Shown: positions 51,821 to 64,000 of the stretch, piece by piece
Layout of the letters: every line of letters begins with the position of its first letter
How positions within the stretch are numbered: position 1 is the stretch's first letter
Origin: Vicugna vicugna
Taxonomy: Eukaryota
Reading direction: 5' to 3'
DNA: 64,000 nucleotides
NCBI GenBank assembly: GCA_013265495.1
Contig: MU058687.1
Coordinates: 2,172,001 to 2,236,000, forward strand
Notes under the pieces: generated by a model
The model's input: the letters and a program-made list of their open reading frames with translations, nothing else
What the model was told of the DNA's origin: nothing
The model's database searches: none
Position numbers and translations under genes: made by a program

Positions 51821-54689
51821 ACCTCCATCTTGGGGCCTCCGCCTTCCTTGTGCAGGTCTTAGAGGAAATCTAGAACTTTATTTGGGGAACTCCTTGGCCC
51901 TGTTTAATGGATCTCCTTGGTCTGCTGTTTTCCGGAGGCCCCAGAGCTGTCCTTCTACTGCAGCCTGAGTCCCGGTGTGCAACCTCAATTTCATAAGAGA
52001 ATGTTAATCCCGCCTCCCGTCTGGCTCATTTTCAAAGTATATGTTTCTGCGCTTAACTGAAAACACAGCATCTGATTCTTGATAAGGAATATAACCACAA
52101 AGATTTAACTGGCTAACTCTTACAAAAATTTTGATTTCAAAATGTAATTCTCATGGAGGACTGTTTGGAGCATTTACGGTGTGACTGGTTCTCCAGATGG
52201 TCCAGACTGCAACCCTAGTCAAGCTGGAACTGCCCAAGAATTGTATTTCAATGCTATTTCAACCATATGGCTTCAGTCCCCCTTGTAGAGCCATGTCTTG
52301 GGAATAGGCCCTTGGATTTACTGCAGTGCGCTATAAAAAGCTGTTGTCTTAGTCAGGATATTCCAGGCCATGATGCAACAACAAATAAACTCTGAATCCT
52401 CAGGGGTTTAACACAATAAAGTATGACTTTGTGTTCACCTTGCGTCTGATATGGGTGGAGTGGTTCTCCTCCCAGAGAGACTCAGGAATCTAGGCTGCTT
52501 CCACCTGGCTTCTCAGCTATCTCTGACTTCTTTTCTCTCCTTCTTGAGGATGGAGGGGTTGGGCAGAAGGGAACCAGTGAGCAGAATTCAATGACACTTA
52601 CGTTCCCTTTCCTGAGTTCAGCCGTGTGATCACAGACTAAAAGGGGGTCAGGGAAATGTCCCCAAGTGCCCCTGAACACAGGCTGGCGAACCCACAGCAC
52701 TGTCTCCCCGACATTAGCTGTAGCAAAAAAAACAAACGACAAACAACCTATTTCTTATAAGAAGGCTGTTGAGACACGGGAGTAAGGATAGAAGATGGAA
52801 ACACATGCATTTATTGCTATTCATTCTGTGAACCCAGCTAAAAGTATGGGAAGCAGAGTTGCAAAAACATGAACCCAGAAGGATAAAGAGAATGAGAAGG
52901 AAATGATAGCAATTGCATTTTGGAAGTTGGAAAATAAATGCACAAATGGTTACTGACCACATCAGGGAAAGCTGGAGCCTAGGTCAGTGTCGGGGTGGAG
53001 GTAGGGGTGTGAGAGAGGAGCCCGGAGGCAGGTTGAACGGCACCCCAGAAAGGCTTAAGTGTTAGAGGCACCAGGTTGTATTTGGAAAATGAGAAGATAG
53101 ATGGTACTAAAAACAGAAGGACCGGTTTAGATTTGGAAAAGTAACCTTCAGACTACCCCGTACCCTCCCCCAGACATGGACAACTGATTTCCTCACCCTA
53201 CCCTGGCAGAAGAGGAGAGGTTTATATTCTAGAGAAACGGAGCCACAAAGGCTCGGGAATTGCACCTCCTTAAAGGCAGGGATCCCATGTGGGCAACAGG
53301 AGTGTTAAGGGCAAGTCTGCACATTGATGGTTAATCCCCTCTACCCCTTCCCCATTCGGCTCCCATTATACAACCCAAGCTGGAGAGTGGAAGAGCCCTC
53401 TCTGAGGAAGCTCACGAGCCCAAGAGGGAGATCCACGGAGGGGAGCATGACCCTCTCTGTGCCCGCCGGCGCCCTCCCCCAGCCCTTAGCCATGCTTCTC
53501 TCCCACAGCCGAGGAGCACCATCTTAGGAACACCGTGCCTCTTGTCATGAAGGGACCTTCCTGCTTTGCTTTGTCTCTAGGAAATATAATTCCAAATCTT
53601 CTGCCCAGTTCAAGAAGTTGTGTAGAACATTCTGGTATATATTTCTGGGCACTAAATTTATTTCTGACTTTACATCTTATTTTAATATCACCCTGATTTC
53701 CATCTATTGATCCACTCACCCACTCATTCAACAAACATGGGTGGACTGAATGCACTTTGTGTGCCAGACAGTAGGCTCAGCGTTGGGGCCCATGGACTTG
53801 CCCCCGTGGACCTCACATGCTGGCTTTGTGTACATTTTGGTGAGTATTCTTGAATTCGTTTTGGAAGTGTATGTGGGTGTACGATTGGTATCAATGAATA
53901 CATATACAAAGAATAGAGCTGATTATTCTACTGTGATACTGGAGAGCATGCCTCGTTGCAGGGGCTGAATTCCAGTGGTGTCTTAGTACGTCTGACTCCA
54001 TGGATGGTTAGACATGAAGGGGGCGTGGTGTGGGGGGTGCAGAATTCTGAGAACATATGCCTTCTCCTGGAGGGAACCCATACCTCGAAGAATTCAAGTA
54101 AGAGAGAGACAAAGGGATGAGCTCGTATTCTTATCTCTCAGGTACCTCTCAAAAGAGTCTTTACTCTGGATTTATGCTCCTAGGTGCTTGAGTAACTCTG
54201 CCAGACCACAGCGCTGCAGAAAATCATTAGCCAGTTTCAGGAACGCCAACTTGGGTCCAGTTACTGCTTCTCTCAATGGCTGATCTTCGCTATGAATGGG
54301 GGTCTCACTTCCCAGTTCCAACCCCCTGCCCCACCACCCCTTGTTGGCTGAGTGAGGTTGGGGTGTGCAGAACACAAGTGACTGCCTCTGGGGTGTACGT
54401 GCTTGGGTTCAGATGGGTCTGAAGCTCTGGCTCACCTCTGGGCAGTTAGTGGGGCAGACCCCCAAGCAGGTGCACGCTTGCACAAGCTACATGTGTGCAC
54501 ACCCTACAGGGAGGTTAATAGAGATCTACAGCCCTTGTTACTGTTTGCTTTCATAAATAAATATATTAAATAAGGTAAGCCAAATTTATTTCTGGCAACA
54601 GCTTGCTGGCTACCCCTCCCCCTCTTATTCACAGTTCCTGCAGCAACCCCAGCCTCTCCCGCCCACCCCCCGGCATGATCTTCTCTCTT

Positions 54690-54900
54690 AAAATTTTATT
54701 TTTAATTTGTTGTGATGAATGAGTGACACCCCTGACAGCCGATTCGCGGAGATTAATAGAAACGACACAATATTTACGTCGGCGCTACGAACAATTATCC
54801 TGCCATCTATCTCTGAGATTATCTTCCTGATTGAAAACTACTCATCCGTGTAATCGGAATTATTTGGAATTAGAAGGGAATTTATAGCCCCCCTGGAGCA
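54690..54900. promoter_or_regulatory. Candidate conserved non-coding element / enhancer
   Basis: Non-repeat block with retained CpGs, several TAAT/ATTA cores, TGACAG (54733-54738) and GATA-like sites. Confidence 0.4.
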
Positions 54901-55521
54901 CACACTCTCCCCTCGTGTCTTCACCTCGGGCTCCATCATTCTCTTGTCCCTCCTCTGGGGTTTGGCCTTCTCTTCCGTCTTGGTGATGAGCAGGGAAAAT
55001 TCTCTCTTTCAGGAGGGACCTTTGTCAGGCAGTGGGCATCTCTCTGGCGTGGTGCAGGGGGCTGTGTGATGAGGGGTCTGGACATAGTGGTTGATGGGAG
55101 GGAGGGTCCCAGTGATGTTAGAAGGACCAGGGGTCAGCAAGGGTGGCTTGTGAGCTCAAGATAGATGAGTACAATCTGAAGAAAGAGGTTAATATGAAAG
55201 TGGAGAAGAAAGGTGACTTTGGGAGGCATGTGGAGTCAGGTTGTGCCGATTGTGAGAAATCTAAAGGAGCAGAATAGGGCTCTAAGGACGATGCTGAGAT
55301 TGCTGTGAATGGGGAGGTGTGAGGGGCCAAGGAGGCTGAATCGCATGATCCAGAGCTTGGACCCTGTTAAGGGCCACATTTGGGTTGCAGAGGTCAGGGA
55401 GGGGAGACTGGGTAAGATCATGTGCGGATCTGGGGAGGCCAGGGAGTGGGATTCAAAGTGTGAGAGAATAAAGACGCTGTGAGGGTGTTCTTTGTTCTCT
55501 GCCCTGGTCCTGCCTTGTTAG

Positions 55522-55790
55522 CCCAGTGGATACAGAATCAGACAGACCTCGATTTGATTTGACTTCTCGCTCTGCCGCTTCGGAGCTGTGTGACTCCAGG
55601 CAAGTTTCTTAACCTCTCTGAGCTTCCATTCTCAAGCCCTAAATCTCCAATTTATAATCCTCCCAGTAAGAGTGTGCACAATCTGTAAATAGACGGTAGT
55701 AGTAGTAGTACCTCCTTCACGAGGATGTTATGAAGATTAACAAGGCAATGCATGCAGGGGGCTTTGCACCGTTCCTTGTACATAAAAGGC
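55522..55790 (+). mobile_element. MIR SINE
   Basis: gctgtgtgactccaggcaagtttcttaacctctctgagctt. Confidence 0.8.
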
Positions 55791-56246
55791 CCAATATATG
55801 CAGATGCCACAGATGAGATACAGCTGAACCCTAGGCTCCTTTAGGAGACAAAGACCTGGGCTCCAAGAAAAGCCCTGCTTGCCAGGTTCCTTTTCACACC
55901 CTCAGCATCTTCACCCTGCTGATCTGTCAACCTGCGGGCCCCCCGGGACCCTCCACTGCTGTAGCACTGGACTGTCACCTACAGCTGCAGAAAGCAGGCA
56001 GGTGCTTAGTTTGATGGGTGCACACTAGGATCTCAAAACCCATTTCCTGGTATTTCTCTAATCCTTGTAACTGCTTACACATATTGAACATAATCCTCCC
56101 AGGCACTGTTCTCAGTGCTTTACTGCATTCATTCCATATAATATTCCCTCAGGCTAAGCGTGAATTCATTAGTAACATCCCTGTTTTAGAGGTGAGGAAG
56201 CAGAGGCCCTGGGAGGTTAGATAACTTGCCAAAGCCACACGGCCGA

Positions 56247-56760
56247 TGTGGTGGGCAGCCTCTAAGATGCCCTCACTGTTCTCTACCTCCGGGTCTTCAC
56301 ACCCATCTGTCGTCCTCTGCCCGGGGTGTGGGCTGGACCTGGTGGCTTGCTTCTAATGAGCAGAGTATGACACAAGGGATGGGATGGCACTTAGAGATTA
56401 GATTCCAGAAGGTTGTGACCCCTTCTTCCCAGCTTGCCTCAGATTACTTGCTCTGATGAAGCCAGCTGCCAGGGTATGAGTGGCCCTGTGGAGATGTCTC
56501 AGGGAGCTGAGGGCTGCCTCTGGACAACCGCTCACAAGGAGCCAAAACCCGCCAACAGCCCCGGGAGTAAGGTGGGAGGCCACTCATTCCCCAGCGGGGC
56601 CTTGAGGTGACTGCAGCACGTGCTTGATTGTCCCCTCGTGAGCGATGCGGAGTCAGAGGACCAGTGAGGCAGGCCCCGGACCCATAAAACTGATATGATA
56701 ACAGGCGTTTTAAGCTGCTGAGTCTGGGGAGAATGCGTTACGCAGCAACAGGTAACCCAT
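56247..56760 (+). mobile_element. MLT1 LTR nested in a MIR (~56100-56830)
   Basis: tgtggtgggcagcctctaagatgccc..gaagccagctgcc..ttttaagctgctgagt; MIR core on both sides. Confidence 0.75.
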
Positions 56761-59700
56761 ACGACTTGTCAGAGCCCAGCCTGGATTCGGACATCGGCAG
56801 CTGGACTCCCGAGCCCGTGCTCGTGACCACTTTGTCCCCTGGTACCTGAGGAGCCCTTGGGGGTCGTCAGTCCTGTCTGAGATGGACAGGCGAGCTCAGG
56901 AGGCTTGTCACATTGGGACCTTAGACACATTCAGACTGAGCTTCAAGTAACGTCCTGGTGAGAAGAGACTTGCAGATACCACGTGGACGAGGTGGTTCAT
57001 TAATCAGGATGGATTTAGCCCTGTCCAAGAGAACAAGGAGAAATACACGTCCTTTAGGGCTAGAGGAGCTTTATTCTTCATGCGGCTGGTAGATGAGGAA
57101 AGAGCTCTTCTTTATAAGGAAGAAGATATCATTAGGGAGTCTCGGGCCCTGAGCGGGTGAGGAGTGTCCTCAAGAAGCTTCCAAGCCAGGGAAGCCTCAG
57201 TGGTACAGAACAGGGCCCAAGGGCTGGTGGGACTTGTCTGCAACAGGCAAATGAGCCGGCTTTTACCTCACATTGGAGCCCAAGCTCATCCAGCAGAAAT
57301 GAGCTCATCACCTCCGCGTCGGTCTCCCATCCACACCCAACTCCCCCTCCCACTGCCCGTGTCCAGTGTGTGTCCTGGAAACATAACCAGATCAGGCAGA
57401 AGAGACCAGGGAGGAACCCCATGTGAAACAGTGTGTGCGCTTACCCTTTCTTAGGAAACACTTCGGATGCAAATAGATGATTCTGCAGAGGACCAGGGCA
57501 GGGCCTAGGGACAGAAGCTGAACCTTATTTAAAAGCGACAGTGAGATGTCTGTATTTGTTTGGCAGTGTGGATTGCGGGGGCAGGGGGCACCCAGTGAGG
57601 TGTGCGCTGTTCTAATGGGGCCTGGGAGCAGAACAGACGGGACCATCGGTGTCTCATCCACCCCAAGCAGGGGGGTGCGAACCCGCCTATCCTTGGGCCG
57701 CACCTGGTGCTGGAGGAAAATCAACCGTAAGCAAGTCCTCAGAGAGCAGCCTCTTCATGAGAGGGGCCGCCGGGGGCATGCGGGAAAGCCATCAGGGTAA
57801 CCAGCCTTAATAAAGGTAGAAGATGAAGTGCGAGAGGGGTGGGTTGGAGCAGGGGGATTCGGAGGGAAGGAAATGATTGCTGGAGAAAAAGATGCAATTG
57901 AACAAGACTTGTGGAGATGGATTTCCCTGCCTTGGTCCAAACTCAAATCCCTGTGCTCAGATTAATTAGCAAGGAAATATTTTCCTGTCTGCAGAAAAAG
58001 GCTGCTGGATTGCCAGTGGGACACGAGGGTGGGCAGTCTATCAAATAACTACTAATTAGGTTACTTCCCACTGCTGTTGACATGCTGGGGACACATTCCT
58101 GGGCCAAAATAAAGGGGTGGAGGAGGGGAGAGGAACAGAGGATCCTCTCTGCTCGTTGTAGAAAGTCGCTGGCGTGAGTTAGAAAGGAGACCTGGTTCCA
58201 AAGACTGAAGGGGAGATGACAGAAGAGAAGCAATGTTGTGATTAGCTGATAGCCCTTGGCCACGAGCTGCCCTTATGCTTGTAGTGCGTGACGTTTTACA
58301 AATGCTCTGAAAGCATGCACGTTCGCTGGGAAGGCCTGAGCAGGAATTTGGATGTTGGTAACAATGACAATGGGGGGCTTTTTGAATATTTACTTCTTGT
58401 GAGTAGCACTTCCTTCGTTCATTTGCTTAACAAGCATGAGATGGGGGAGGGGTGGGAGATTAACATTCGTTTCCTCATTATTTCTTATTACTATGGAGAA
58501 GGTATTTTAGTCCCTTTTTGATAGATAAGGAAATTGGGGCTCAGAGAGGTTAAATAACTTGCCCACAGTCACACAGCAAGTAAGAAGCGGTAAAACTGAG
58601 TTTTGAACCCAAAGTGGTCCTGACTCCAGCCCTGCCTGCCCTTAATCACTTTTCAGTGTATACTGAGCATTCAACAAATAGATTTTCTTTTTTTTTAAGT
58701 CTTCCTCTGCCTAAGTTCCCTAATTCTGCCCTAAGGTTCTTCAGTATGTCCCATACAGGAATTTACATACACTGCAGGAGGGGCACCACCATGTTTCCTG
58801 AGGTCTGAGGCCGTCTTCCAGCTCCCTGTCTTGCAGAACTAAACAGAGGGTTGGACAACTCATTACACCATCGAGCTGTCCACATCAGGCCCGTCTGCCT
58901 GCCTCCTTACAGACAGGGCAGTGAGGGAACCAGCTGCTGTGCGAATGGTTCATGGTCTTGCCTTCTCCTGGGCCGCTCCATCCTCCACCCTCCGCCCTTT
59001 CCTCCACGGGGTACCCCACTGCCTCTGGGTGAGCCTCCTGCCTGGTGAGTCCTGTTCTGCACTATTCTTTCTTTCTTTTTTCCCTCCAAGTCCCTCCTAC
59101 TGTTTCCTCAAAGGCTCTTTGTAGCCTGTGCACTAGATTGCAAGTTTCTTGAGGCCAAAGACTATGTCGTGTTCCCCTTTGTGTTCTCTGAACTTAATAC
59201 TGTACCAGGGATGTTGTGATGAGCGTTCCGTGAATATTTGCTGAACAAGGGAGTAAATGCCTGAATGACTCTATTTGGCTCACATCCAGCCTGCCTCTAA
59301 ATGTTTCCCTAATTTTTAATATTGTACCAGACACCCCACCACAGCACTGAACTAAGTGTCCTCTGCTAAGTATGGCAGAAGGTGACAGTGCCACCAAGAT
59401 GCCCTTTTACCCTGTGCACCCAGGTGTAGCTACTGCTGCAGGCAGTGACTGGACTTTAGCTACTGCTGCTCTTCCTCTCAGGCCTTTGAAGGGCAGATCC
59501 TGACCTGAGGGCCTAGGCATGGGGAGGCCGATGGATGAGGTCAGGAGATATATCAGAGCGGCCGGGAAGGAAAGAGTGTCCGGAAAACCTGCTTCCTCGG
59601 AGCGAGTCCTGTGTGAGCAGAAGGAATCTATCCACAGAGGGGTGAGGTAGCAGAGCAAGTGGGTTACCTAAAAATAGCAGTGCTGGTTTCCCACGTTTAG

Positions 59701-60547
59701 AGACGGGTCCTCTGCGGTTCGTCTTGGCTGCTTTGTGCAAATTTGCTTATTTATTAAGAGTCAGAGAAAAGGATCAAATCATTCACCCAAAGCTGGAAAT
59801 CTGTAACCCCTTCTACCAAGAGCAACCAGACAGCAGAGCTGGGTGAGGCTCCTGACTCCCGGAGGGGCTGGGGAGGGCAGCTAGGGCTTGTTGGGGGGAG
59901 GCAAACAGGCCTAGGAGTTCCCCCCTCAGCTGGTTCCTGCCTTGATGGCACAGTTGAAGATGGGCAAAACCTCGCTCCAGTCACAGGGGCTGTGGAAAGG
60001 GCATGTATATTCACACAAGTGCCCACAGATCTGTATGAACGTGTATCTCCCTGGGGGAGTGAATGAGACACTGGGTATAAATCACCCAGCCTAGCACCAG
60101 GCTCACATGGTAGGTGCTTAATAAATGTTAACTAGGGAGCCAATTAGGTGGGAGTTGAAATCAGGGCAGGAGGGCGAGGGAGCAAGGAATATAAGGTAAA
60201 ACAGCCATGGTGTTTTTGAAAAAAAAGGGATGAATTTGGGAGTCAGGAAGCCATAGGTTCAAATTCTAACTCTGCTGCTTACTAACATTATAACCTGGGG
60301 CAAGTTACTTTACCTCTCAGAATCTCAGTCCTCATCTATACCTTTTTTAAAAATGGGGATGGATAATGATACCTATCTCATAGGACTGCTGGGACTGTTA
60401 AGTGAAATTATATAGAAAGAGTACCTATACAAGACTGAGTTCAATAAATTTGAGCTATTTTCCTTTTTATTATCATTTATTATAAATATCAGCAGTGAGG
60501 ATCCTCAGATTATTAACAGTTAGAATATTACTTTTAAAAAGAACTCA

Positions 60548-63075
60548 GATTAAAGATGCCAATTTCCCCCAAAGTGGTCTATAGATTTCATGAAATTCCA
60601 ATCAAACTACCAGTAGGCTTTTAAAAATAGAGATTGACAAACATATCCTAAAATTTACATGGGCATGCAAAGGCCTCATTATAAGCCCAAAACATTTTTA
60701 AAAAGAACAAAGTTGGAAGAGCTATGCTACCAGATTTCAAGATTTGAAAGCTACAGCAGCAAAGTATTGGAGTAAAGATAGGCATATTGATGAATGGAAG
60801 AGAATGGAGGGTTCCAATGTAGACCCATAGAAATATGTTGACTTTCTATACAGATGCCAAGGGTTTTGATGGAGAAAGGATAGTATTTTCAACAGATGGT
60901 GCTGAAATGCCTGGATATCCATATGAAAAAAATAAAACAAAACAGAAACCTCAATTATTCTGATCTGACAGAAATTAACTCAAAATGGAGTGTAGACTTA
61001 TGATGGCTAATTTTATGTGTCATCTTGACTGGGCCATGGGATGCCCAGACATTTGGTCAAACAGTATGTTTCTATGAGGAGGTGTTTGATAAGATCAACA
61101 TTAAAATCAATAGACTGAGTTAAGTAGATTACCCTCCCTAATGTTGGTGAGCCTCACCCAATCAGTTGAAGGCCTGAATAGAACTAAAAGTCTGACACTT
61201 CCTTGAGTAAGAAGATTTCACCTGCTTGTCTGCCTTTGAGCAGGCACATTGGCTTTTTCTTGCCTTTGGACTTGAACTGAAACATCAGCTCTCCCTGGGT
61301 CTCAAGCCTGCCAGCTTTCACACTGGAGCTTTACCACCAGCTCTTCTGCGTCTCCAGGTTGCCAGATTTTGGGACTTGTCAGCTTCCACATAAGCCCATA
61401 AGCCAGTTCCTTATAATAAATCTCTTTCCATAAAGATATAGATACATCTCCTATTGATTCTGTTTCTCTAGAAAACTAATACAGACAAAAACTTTCGTTC
61501 ATTGAAAGACATTGTGGAAGATTGAATATTAGCCTCCCCAGAACGTCCATGTCCTAATCTTGGAACCTCTGAATATATTTACCTTACATGGTAACAGAGA
61601 TCACAGATGTGATTAAATTAAGATCTTGAGATAAGGGTATTTTCCTGGACTCTGGTGGGCCTAATGTAATCATAAAGGCCCTTTTAAGAGAGGCAGGAGG
61701 ATCAGAGTCAGAGAGGAGATGTGATGATGGAAGCAGAGGTTGGAATGATGCAAGCCACCAGCCAAAATTGTATGCAGCCTCTAGAAACTAGAAAAAGCAA
61801 GGAAATCAGTTCTCCTCTCAGATCTCCAGGAGGAATGCTGCCCTGCCAACACCTTGATTTTAGCCTTGTGAAATTGACTCTGAACTTCAAAATTATAAAA
61901 TAATAAATTTGTGTTGTTTTAGCTGCTAAGTTTGTGATAACTAGTTACGGCATCAACAGAAAACTACTACAGACACCACTAGGAATACACACACGCACGC
62001 ATGCACACACACAAACACACACACACACAGCGACATAGGACTTGTATCAAGAACACATAAAGAAGTCTTACAGCTCAATAATAAGACAAACAACCCAATT
62101 TAAAAATTGGCAAAAGATTCAAACAGACAAAAGAAGATATATAAATGGCAAATATGCACACAAAAACATGCATAATATCATTAATTATCAGGAAAATGCA
62201 AATTAAAACCACAAGATACTATCTTATGCTCGTTACAATGACTAAAATTGAAAAGATTGCCAATACCAAGTGTTAATGAGAATGTGGACCAGTTGGAACT
62301 CTCATACATTGCTGGTGGGAATGCAAAACGTTTAACCACTTTGGAAAATTGTTTGCTAATTTTTTATAAAGTTAAACATAGATTTACTATACAACCAGGG
62401 ATTCAACTTTTAGTTATTTACCTAAGATAAATGAAAACACATGTCCATGCAAAGACAAATATGAATGTTCATAGCAGCTTTGTAAATGCTAAAATTTAGA
62501 AATAATCCCAAATGTCCATCAACCAGTGGATAAATTATGGTATATAAAAATAGTGGACCACTAACCTGCTATAAAAAGAACCAAACTACAGATACGTTCA
62601 ACAACATAGATGAATCTTTAAAATATTATATGATAAATATAGTCAGACACAGAAAAGTACCCTATGATTCCATTTATATGAAATTCTAGGAGAGGCAAAA
62701 TGAATCTAAAGTGTCAGAAAGCAGATCAACAGTTTTCTGGGACTGGGGGCGGGTAGGCAAAGAGGCAGGAAGGGGCTTTTGGGGGATGATGGAAATATTC
62801 TATCTCTTGATTGTGATGGTGATTGGAGGTCAGCAAACTTTCTTCTATAAAAGGTCAGATAATACATGTTTTAAGCTTTGAAGCCCATCTGGTCTCAGTT
62901 ACAACTACTCAGTGTCATCACTGTAGCATGAAAGCAGGCATAACTAATGTGTAAATGAAGGTGGCTGAATTTGGCTCAAGGGCCATAGTTTGCTGACCCC
63001 TGGTCTAGACAACTCAAACTATACCCTTAAAATGGGCGCATTTTATTATATACCTCAGTAAAGTTGATAAAAACA
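60548..63075 (+). mobile_element. L1 3' fragment carrying nested MLT2 (~60999-61485), MLT1 (~61512-61970) and MER58 (~62828-63005)
   Basis: L1 ORF2-end and 3'UTR motifs. MLT2 start tgatggctaattttatgtgtcatcttgactgggcca; MLT1 gtccatgtcctaatc..gccaacaccttgattttagcc; MER58 gtcagcaaact..tagtttgctgacccctg. Confidence 0.8.
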
Positions 63076-63099
63076 ACATGAATAAAAAATAATATGTAG

Positions 63100-63860
63100 C
63101 TATTTTTGAAGTTAATTTTTTTTGGAAAGCCACATACAGAAAATGTACAAATCATATGTATACAGCTTGATGAATTTTAATATTAGCCATTCTGGTATGT
63201 GGGGAGTAGTATCCCATTGTGGTTAATTTGTATTTCCTGGTGGCAACTGATACTGAGCACCTTTGGAAATGCTTCTTGGCCATTTGGTTATTTTTGTGTG
63301 TGTGAAGTATGTGTTTAACTCATTTTAAAATTAAGATGTTTACCTTTTTTCTTACTGATTTGTATGAATTCTTTGTATATTCTGGATATAGGTCTCTGTC
63401 AGGTATGGGTATTGAAAATATATTCTTTCTGATCTACAGTTGACTTTATGCTCTCTTAATTGTGCCTTTTGATGAACAGAGCTCTTAATTTTTAGCTTAT
63501 GTGCTGCTGAAGTGAGCATCAGAGCTCTTAATTTTAATGCAGTCCAACTTATCAATATTTTCTTTTATGGTTTGTTCTTTCTATGACCAGTTTAAGAAAT
63601 CTTTACCTACTCCAAAGTTATAAGCCATTTCCAGATTTACCTTTCACATTTAGTTATTCAATCTGGAAATGGCTTCTGTGAATGGACATCTAAGTGGCCC
63701 AGTCCCATATATCAAAAAGGCAACTGTTTACAACTTCACTGCAGTTACATCATTGTCATAAATCAAGTAACCCATATGTGGATCTGTTTCTCTATTCTGT
63801 TCCTTTGGTCTAGTTTTCTATCTTTGTGCCAATGCTATAATGTCTTGTATTGTTCGGTTT
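63100..63860 (-). mobile_element. Old L1M fragment hosting the U6 fragment
   Basis: Antisense L1 sequence ttaattttaatgcagtccaacttatcaat. Confidence 0.75.
63493..63519 (-). pseudogene. RNU6: 3'-truncated U6 snRNA retro-fragment with 16-bp TSD
   Basis: Minus strand ATGCTCACTTCAGCAGCACATAAGCTA versus U6 5' end GTGCTCGCTTCGGCAGCACATATACTA; TSD CAGAGCTCTTAATTTT at 63477-63492 / 63520-63535. Confidence 0.88.
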
Positions 63861-64000
63861 TGATATTGGGGTCATATTGACCTCATAGAATTAGTTAGGA
63901 TATATTCCCTTTCTTCTTCTTCTTTTCTTTCAAAGAATAGTAGATTTACAATATTGTGTTTTTTCAGGTGTACAGCAAAGTGATTCAGTTATACATATAT

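Noticed and set aside
1..64000. CRISPR arrays, operons or other prokaryotic systems; the many 60-130-aa ORFs
   Set aside because: The sequence is mammalian, there is no repeat-spacer array, and the short ORFs (many with non-ATG starts) fall in repeats or show no recognisable homology.

Overview
Mammalian genomic DNA, probably camelid (inferred from two Vic-1-type tRNA-derived SINEs and short L1 3' tails of a matching style). The window is repeat-dense and I see no recognisable multi-exon protein-coding gene. The only convincing coding sequence is an intronless PTTG1 (securin) retrocopy at 3950-4558. It has an intact 202-codon ORF, 5'UTR, AATAAA, poly(A) and a target-site duplication (TSD), and sits inside stacked L1 3' ends. 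Other notable structures: (1) a ~1.36-kb miniature two-LTR endogenous retrovirus with a tRNA-Arg primer-binding site and an env-tail remnant; (2) an ~890-bp TSD-flanked retroposed non-L1 segment (possible orphan transduction) inside the same L1; (3) a ~4-kb CR1/L3 fossil that still shows RT motifs and contains a perfect 20-bp hairpin; (4) a 27-bp 3'-truncated U6 snRNA retro-fragment with a 16-bp TSD. A repeat-poor stretch (~34-40.6 kb) holds a CpG-enriched promoter-like region with a candidate first exon, and enhancer-like blocks lie further downstream. Repeat subfamily names come from recalled consensus sequences and boundaries are approximate unless a TSD is given.
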